In this document: positions 53,602 to 61,300 of the stretch, piece by piece
How positions within the stretch are numbered: position 1 is the first letter of the stretch
Layout: every line of letters starts with the position of its first letter
Assembly: GCA_044892525.1 (NCBI GenBank)
Contig: CM097886.1
Location: forward strand, 44,950,001-45,014,000
Length of the DNA stretch: 64,000 nt
Direction: 5' to 3'
Source: Schmidtea polychroa
Taxonomy: Eukaryota
Position numbers and translations under genes: made by a program
The notes under the pieces: generated by a model
Told to the model about the DNA's origin: nothing
Seen by the model: the letters and a program-made list of their open reading frames with translations, nothing else
The model's database searches: none

Positions 53602-54087
53602 ATGACGAAATTCGGGGACCAGATACAACAATTAATCAACTTCATAAATATCGAGAATGACTCCCTTAAAACGCTGACACAAAAGAGAGAAAGAATTAAC
53701 ATCATACTACTCCAATCAATCGGACAAACACCAGTCGTCCCCAACCACATGTTATTAGCCACAGGACTAAGTCACCCAGATGGGAAGGTAAACCCGGAAA
53801 CCGTGTATCAATGGTATCAAGAGAGATTGAACCACCCAGCATTAAATCTTGATTATCAACGTATAAAAGACCCCTTAAATACCATATCAGATACAATCGA
53901 GCGGAAAATACAAGAAAAACTGACTCTACTACGAACTTGTTTTGCTTGTAAACTTCGTCCTATTCGCGTACTGTTTTTGCCGTGTGGACACCTCAGTCAC
54001 TGCGAAGAATGTGTGAACGATTTAAAACGATGTACGGTATGTAGGCATGAGATAAAAGAAACTCATATGGTTTATTATGGTGAATAA
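53602..54087 (+). CDS. 161-aa protein with a C-terminal IAP/MIB/MYLIP-type C3HC4 RING (putative E3 ligase), inside the retroelement leader
   Basis: CFAC-x11-CGH-x3-CEEC-x6-CTVCR..I..THMVYYGE. Acceptor TTTTTTATATAG is 2 nt before the ATG; AATAAA signals at ~54084, ~54147 and ~54205. No BIR motif. Confidence 0.88.
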   Translation: MTKFGDQIQQLINFINIENDSLKTLTQKRERINIILLQSIGQTPVVPNHMLLATGLSHPDGKVNPETVYQWYQERLNHPALNLDYQRIKDPLNTISDTIERKIQEKLTLLRTCFACKLRPIRVLFLPCGHLSHCEECVNDLKRCTVCRHEIKETHMVYYGE

Positions 54088-54652
54088 AACTGTTACAGAT
54101 ACAATAACATCTATGAACATCAAATTGATACTGACAATTGAATGAGAATAAATGTAATTGTTGTGTGAAATTTTATTAAAGTTTTAATTTTTATTTCTAT
54201 GACGAATAAATTTTTGTTGTGAACTGAGTAATTTATGGCTTTTAATTTTATTTTATAACTTTGTTTTGGAATCAAGCGAAAAGAAAACCGAAATAACGTG
54301 GAATTAGTCCCAATATAGGCTGTAAGGGTACAAACCGAGCCACCTTAGGGCGGTACGTTCTATCATACGATAAAACCAATTGGGAGGGGATAACCGATCA
54401 ACCTAAGTGAGGAGCGTAGGGCGGGGTACCATCGCAAATGATGAGAAGTTTCTGCGGCATGACTGATCACCATGCCAATGTAGAAATGGATCATCGCGAT
54501 CGTCGTGCGTTGTGAGCAAGGGGAGAAAGGGGAAAACACTCCCAAGCGGTAAAGATTAAGTCGACAAATTAAAAGTAGACAGAGAAAATAGTAATCTTGA
54601 GTAAAAGAAGAGAAGAGAAGTAGAAGCATGCAGAGTAAGGAATGTTAAAGCC

Positions 54653-54799
54653 GAGCTGTAAAATAGCCCAGCCGGTCAAGGAAAACGAAAACTGAGCTGT
54701 GAAAAGTCCAGCCAGTTCGGAGATATTAAGATCGAGTTGTTGAATAGTCCAACCGGTCAGAAGGAAGAAGATTGAGCTGTTGAATAGTGCCAGCCAGTC
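54653..54799 (+). repeat. Four-unit 40-41-nt direct repeat array
   Basis: GAGYTGT.(.)AA.AG..CCARCCRGTY at 54653, 54694, 54734 and 54774, separated by 15-16-nt purine-rich spacers. Confidence 0.85.
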
Positions 54800-56169
54800 G
54801 TAAAGGCCTAGAAAAGCGAGAGATAGCAGTTAAGCTACAATGAGCTAATATCTGAATTAATAGAGAAAGGGAATATTAAAGCTAGCTAGAAACAAATTGA
54901 ATGTAATTACGAAAATTGGAGTTTAGAGAGGAAATAAACGAGCTCGTGGAAAAGATAATAAGATTATAATGAAAAAGGAAAGGGAAGAAGGAAACGAATT
55001 AAAGAGATAATGGAAAATAAAGAATAGGCGAAACGATGATAATGAGTAAAGAGGAAAGTAACCAACTAATTAAAGGGATCCCAGTGAAGTAGAGAAACTC
55101 TACGGAATATTTTTTTTTTGGTTAAACCGGGAAAATGCATTTTATTGGTTCCAGAGTAGAACCGAGTGGAATAATAGTAAATATGAAAAGTAAAATAGCG
55201 ACAACAGCGCAAAAGGATTAGGAAAATGAAAGGGGGGTAATAAGCAGTGACCGACAACGACCTATTCATATTATAAGTGATAAAAATAGATAATTATTGC
55301 GACTCTATAGATAATTGTTACTACCCCATATAGATAATTTAAAATCGACGAAAAATTCGGGCTGATGGGAGATTATAACCCGCGGAAGTAATTGCATAAA
55401 AAATAGGGGAAGCATAAACAGAACCTAAAAGGTGTCTGTGTTTGAATGTTGCAGAAAGAATGATGAAGTCGTGTAAGCAGATGCAACACGAGATCATTTT
55501 TTCATTTTAGATATCAAACCAATCCAGTCAACCAAGACAATCCAGAACCTGCACAAAAGGAATTCGAAGAAATCGACAATCGACCAAGAATAAATCCATT
55601 CAGAACCCGCACCGAGAGACACAGCAACCGGAAGACTCCAGAACGGAAGAAGATACAGATAGCGACATCTCCAACTTCGAACGAATCATCGATATATTCA
55701 ACCTCATAGTATTAGCAGCCATCTGTCAAGGACTAGTAAATCTCCTCAGAATCCCAGTAGCAGATTCATACAGAATACTTATCGAAGGAAACACAATCAG
55801 AACCGAACTCGTCCAATTCAGTAGCCGCTAATTACCAAGAAGCGTAAGAAAGGAATCACGGATAAACCCAATCTTAGATCTTCAAGTAAGCCAGGAGACG
55901 TATTATTTTCAGGAGACGAATTACAACAACTCAAAAGAGGACGATCTATTAAACATCAAAGAGGAATATCACAAGGATCAAGAAGAACCAATCAAGTACC
56001 TATATTTGACCAAGAAAATCTCGGATACACCCCTAGTCGATCTCGAAGCAGAGAAAGTCTGTCCGACATCACTAATAGTTTAGCAACGTCAACCGAGGAA
56101 TTATCAGCCCAAAGTTTAGTCACATCGTTAGACAATTTGAAAGAAACAGACGAATCTAGAACACCAATC

Positions 56170-57594
56170 ATGACGAATGTCGTAAAAACCGACGAGTATA
56201 AAGAGAAGTTCAGAGGAGAACCGTTCAACGGAAATGCAAACAAGTTAGCAACGTTCATAACCAACTTCGAAGTTTATATCGATGTGTGCGGATGGACATC
56301 CGAAGCAGTTAGTAAAAGGATGCCGTTGTTTTTGTGCGATAGCGCATTAGAAGTGTATTTAGAGGCTAAAGAAAGAAATACGAAATTAGATAAATGGGAC
56401 GATATCAAAACATTCCTGAAGAAAACTTTCGGAGCTAGCAAACCAATAAATCAAGCACTCGGCGAACTAGCAAATAGGAAACAAAGAGCAAATGAATCCA
56501 TTACGTTATATGCCAGCGAATTGCGGAGATTGGCAAAGAAAGCAATGAATGGGAAATTACCAGAAGAAAATTTGATCGGTTATTTCATAGAGGGATTACG
56601 CCGAGAAGAAGTAAGAGCATCTGTAGGCTGTCAGATGTGTACAACGTTAGAAGAGGCCATAGATTGGGCTACGAGGTGCGAACTCCACCTCCCAGCACAA
56701 ATGAACATCATGCAAGAGGATGGGAGGATAGCGACAGCCAAAGTAAAAACGGATAATGGAGATAATAACAACCAGGAACCAAAAATGAATCAATTCATAC
56801 CAGGAGCGCATCAAATTTTTAAACCACCACAAGGACGATCAAATGGGAATAATGGTAATCGTAACAACCTGAATAATGAGAACAATTTTAATAATTGACG
56901 AAATATGAACGATAACAAGCAGTGCCGAACATGCGGTAAACCAGGACACTGGGACAGAGATTGCTATAGAAATTCAAATTGTAATCGTTGCGGACGGCGT
57001 GGACATACCGAAAATGTATGCCAATTGCGAGGTTGTTTTAACTGTGGTCAGCCAGGTCACATCTCCAGAGATTGCCGAGAAAGGGGTCAACAACAACGAC
57101 CACCACAGCGAAATAATAATTATATGGCGAATCCGCAACGACAAAGTAACCCTAGCGAAGGAAACCAAATGAACGTTATGCAGGAAATCTCGCAGATGAA
57201 ACAGATGATGCAACAAATGATGAGACCAAGACCAGAATCAGCACCACAACAAACCCAGAATATACGTATGATGAGGAGTACCGAAAATCTCAACAATTAT
57301 GAAGTACATCAACATGTACAAGAATGGCAAAGACTGCAGGCCGAGGAAGAGAGGATAAAACAAGAACGCAACCAACAACGCCAAGAACAACCATTGCGAA
57401 TAAATATGATGAAGTTAGTAAAAGACCTGAAAAGCCAGTATTGCTACAATTACGGGAAAAACCCAAGGGTAGTACCCATGACGGAACCAGAAAAGGTAAA
57501 AGAAACAACAACGGAAATGAAAACAGAATTCAACCACGATTTTAAAAGGAAACCAGAGAATTCAGAAAATATTCTGGAAAAAGATAAAAGATAA
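56170..57594 (+). CDS. gag: Gag: capsid (56170-56898) and nucleocapsid with three CX2CX4HX4C knuckles (56923-~57077), interrupted by one in-frame TGA at 56896
   Basis: PFNGNANKLATFITNFE..W..F..KQRANESITLYASELRRLA..FIEGL; CRTCGKPGHWDRDC, CNRCGRRGHTENVC and CFNCGQPGHISRDC. Both parts are in frame 1. Confidence 0.9.
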
Positions 57595-58360
57595 AATAGA
57601 AAAGAAACATGAAGAAACGGAAATAAGAATAAAAGAGGGAAACAACCAAAACAAGGAGCAAATCAGTCAGTTAAACCACCAAATGCTACAAGAATCGGAA
57701 TCAGAAGAAACAACGATATTCGAAAATAGAAAACTAAAGAGAGTACCTAGGATGAGAAATTTGCGAATCAACATGATGAAAAGGACAAAAGGTACGTCGT
57801 CCTCAGACGAAGACTATGTGAGCAGTTTGGGTGGAGAAATACTACAGCTAAACGAAATAAGCGAACCTCCGAAAGGGGAAATCAAAGAGGAAGAAAGCGA
57901 AAGCGAGATAACCAGTGGAAGTGAAGACGAGGATATCGAAATAAAGTTGAGAAAAGCAAGGGAGGAAGCGATAAAACAGGTAGCCGAAATACTCCCGGTG
58001 GTAGTGAGAAACCAAGAGTTCATCGATGTAATACCATTCAGGCGATTCGTACAAAAAGTGATGAAATTGGAAGGAAACGAGAAAGATTTAATACCAAACG
58101 AGGAAAAATCAATTATAAAAAAGTATATGGAAAAAATGAAGCAGGCCGATACCACGCGGTATGTAATAAAAATCAGAACGAGCAGAGGACTTGAAAGAAT
58201 GTGGATCAAAAGTACAGTCACCGACGAACTTTTCGATTGGATACGAGAACATTTGGGAAGTTCGAGAAAGAAAGAATATCTGTATCAATACCAAGGAGAA
58301 CAGATCAAACCAGATATGCACTTAGTGGGAAATGTAGTGATGGTATGGTGGATGATGTAG
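57521..58360 (+). CDS. Polyprotein segment in frame 2 (acidic region + ubiquitin-like C-terminus), linking gag to the long frame
   Basis: Open from 57521 to the TAG at 58358. Repeats the LRINMMK heptapeptide of the upstream frame. Ends YVIKIRTSRGLERMWIKSTVTDELFDWIREHL..YQYQGEQIKPDMHL. Confidence 0.7.
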   Translation, partial: KQNSTTILKGNQRIQKIFWKKIKDKIEKKHEETEIRIKEGNNQNKEQISQLNHQMLQESESEETTIFENRKLKRVPRMRNLRINMMKRTKGTSSSDEDYVSSLGGEILQLNEISEPPKGEIKEEESESEITSGSEDEDIEIKLRKAREEAIKQVAEILPVVVRNQEFIDVIPFRRFVQKVMKLEGNEKDLIPNEEKSIIKKYMEKMKQADTTRYVIKIRTSRGLERMWIKSTVTDELFDWIREHLGSSRKKEYLYQYQGEQIKPDMHLVGNVVMVWWMM

Positions 58361-61300
58361 TCATGATGTACGATAAAATAATATTACGAGCGGAAGACGA
58401 CACCTCGTTAAGCGAAATGGGTATGTGGGACAATCATCAGATAATCAGGATAGTACCAATGGATGAATTTCGAACAAGAGATATAACATATCAAAAAGAA
58501 ATACGAGACCGGATGAAAACGTTATATCAAAAATCTACAGAAATAATTGAAATCCACCAACAATGGTTAAAAGAAAAGGAACTACAAGGAAAAATCACGA
58601 AACTAAGTACCAGATCCTGCAGACGGACCCCATGGGAAAGAGTGTGGAATGCAGAAAATAAGGAATGGGAAATCCGGAAAGGAATCTTCGTAGAAACAGA
58701 CATTGGTGAGACAGAAAGTGAATCGGAGGAAGAAGAAGAGGAACCTCCAGAATATGAAGAGGAAGGAAGGGGACAGACATCAGATGACGAAAGCGAGACG
58801 GATGTCACATCAGAAAGCGAAAATGAAGCGAGACACATTCATGCAATGAGGAAAAAGGAACGTGAATATGCTGATATGGACGGCGAGGAAGCGACGGAAG
58901 CAAGAGAACGAGAAGAGAGAGAAAGATATAAACAATTAGGCGATATCCTAATAAAGGGAGCGAAGAATCAAAAACGACAAGTAATAACATTAGCTAACTT
59001 CATTTTAAAAATATCGGATAATATCCATTATCTGAGGGAGATAGTAAAAACTATAGAAGAATACCGACAATACAACGAATGGTACCCGGAACAACTGGAG
59101 CAAATTATCGGGAAGTGGCGAAACCATGAGTGGTCACAAGATACCCAAGAGAGATACCGAATCCGAATCAAATACCCAGATAAGAATGTTGAGGAAGTAG
59201 AAGTACACCCAACCATCAAAATCAGGGAATTAAAAAAGAAATTGGCATACGAAACTCCTTTCCATCTACAACTGCAAGGAAAATCACTAGACGATAATGC
59301 AGACGTCGGAATAACACCCATGAGATTGGAAGAGACAAATGTATTAACGATGGCAGAAACGTTGGGGAAACCATTAAAAAGGAAAAGTAAAAGTGACAAA
59401 CCGACAAAAGGCAGTTTGAGTACTCCAAGTCCGAACAAAGCCCCAAGTAAATCTAATGAAACTGAAGAAGTTGAAGAGATTATCCTCGAAGATAGTGACG
59501 ATGAACCAGGAGAAAGATCACCGCTATTAGTAAGATGGCCGACAGGAGCCGAAATGTGGACTAATAACCAGCCATCAACGAGTTATCAACAACCAACGAA
59601 ACTAAACATCAAAGAAATCATCGACAATACTACGGAAACCGAAACGGACGAACAATTCCTGAAGCAAAGAGAACCAACGAAAATAACACCAGAAGGTCAA
59701 ACGGATAAAATAATAGATGAATGGAACGAGTGGCTGAGAAATAACGATAGTTCATTACCCAGAACGGATAACGAAAGAAATCCGAATTACGAAAATACCA
59801 GAGAAGCCGGAACGATGATGGAAAAACGGGCAAAAGGAAGGCCTAAGAAACAAGGAGGAAAGTCTGAGTTCAAAACCAAGGAACAATTAAAGCAAGAACA
59901 AGGGCAAGTTCGATTGGAAAAATTGGATAAAATAGTATGGGATCTAAAGGAAGCCCAACCAACGGTTGAAAGAGGAGAAAAATGGATACGAGAATTGATA
60001 AAAGATATGTTAATAATAACAAACCCACAACTTAGACGCTTGTGGCAACGGAAAGTAGCGAGTGTGGAAGCTAGACAGTTATGGCACACCGTTTCGGGGA
60101 TAATCCCAAAGTTAATCAAAGAGAAAACGAAAACCACCAAAACGGATTGGGATGAAACGAAGAGAGTGATTGAACAGCTCACGACAAATGCAAATGATGA
60201 CGAACATCATCTAGTGGTAATCACTTATTTGACGTATAATTTGATGGGATTAGCGGCAAGAAAAATACCGAATAAACAGTTTGCAAATCACGTGGAAATG
60301 ACCGTTTCAATCATAGAGAATACTATTGAACCACATATTATTCGTGCCGGAGGATGGAAAAGACTTATACAAGCGCCACGAAAAAATGAGCAAGAAAGGT
60401 CGATGCAAGTTAGGTTGAAGAAGTTGTTGAATGAACTAGAATGGGAACTACCCATGAAAGACCCAGCAAGCCGAAAAGCATCGATAAATTCGTTAATGAT
60501 GACTATGATGATATGGATGTTGTGCACAAGTGGAGCAACGGGTTTTACCATCTACGATTGTGATAATATGATAATGAGAGATAAATACTCATTGAGAGAC
60601 ATAGAAGAATGCAGACAAGCATCACCCAACAAATTAGACATAGTAAGAACAAAAGTTACTTACCATGTATACCAAGAATCAGATTTCATTAGAACGCAAG
60701 CAAGGGAATGCGTGGTATCAAAAAAGGTACTCGCATATTACTGTGGACAATATTCGTATTCGACTCTTATACTACCCGGTCTGGATAAAGAAATCGTATC
60801 AATACAACGAGAGGACTGTAAAGAGCTATTTAGAACCGGAGCGCTAAAAATGCATAACGGAGTGACGATTCACGGACAAACTGGAATGATTAAAACCGAA
60901 AGCGTTTACGTATCCGGAAAAGTAAAATCATCAGATGGGTCATGTAACGGAGGTACGTATACGATCCGAGGCGAGGTAATATCGGGAGTAGTAGTAATCG
61001 AGTCCTATACGGTTGAACTAAAGGAATACGAAGCGCAATTTGACGCAAATAATTACCAAATGAAGACCAACCCAGCGTGTAGAGCTACAGAAAACGTATG
61101 CAGGACAGGAGTATCAACTATAATCTATGAAGCTAATACCCAAAAATGCCGACTCCAACTGTTAAAAAGTGCTTTGTTCAATGAAGTAAAAGGAGAAATT
61201 TATGAGAACGAGAACGACGAGGATGGAAACGACAGAGTGAGAATGCGAAATGGAAAACCAATGCCACCATCTCCCAGAGAAAAAAGACTCTCAACGCAGA

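Noticed and set aside
53602-53930. BIR domain in the RING ORF (LLATGL resembles LAxAGF or the cIAP UBA ILATG)
   Set aside because: No CX2C..H..C zinc ligands; the match is too short to support.
7216-54087. Functional linkage between the host DIABLO-like gene and the element's IAP-type RING, based on proximity
   Set aside because: They are 46 kb apart with unrelated genes between; TE insertion position gives no evidence of linkage.
54653-54799. CRISPR interpretation of the 40-nt array
   Set aside because: Eukaryotic retroelement context, no cas genes, degenerate repeats, and short spacers that are related to each other.
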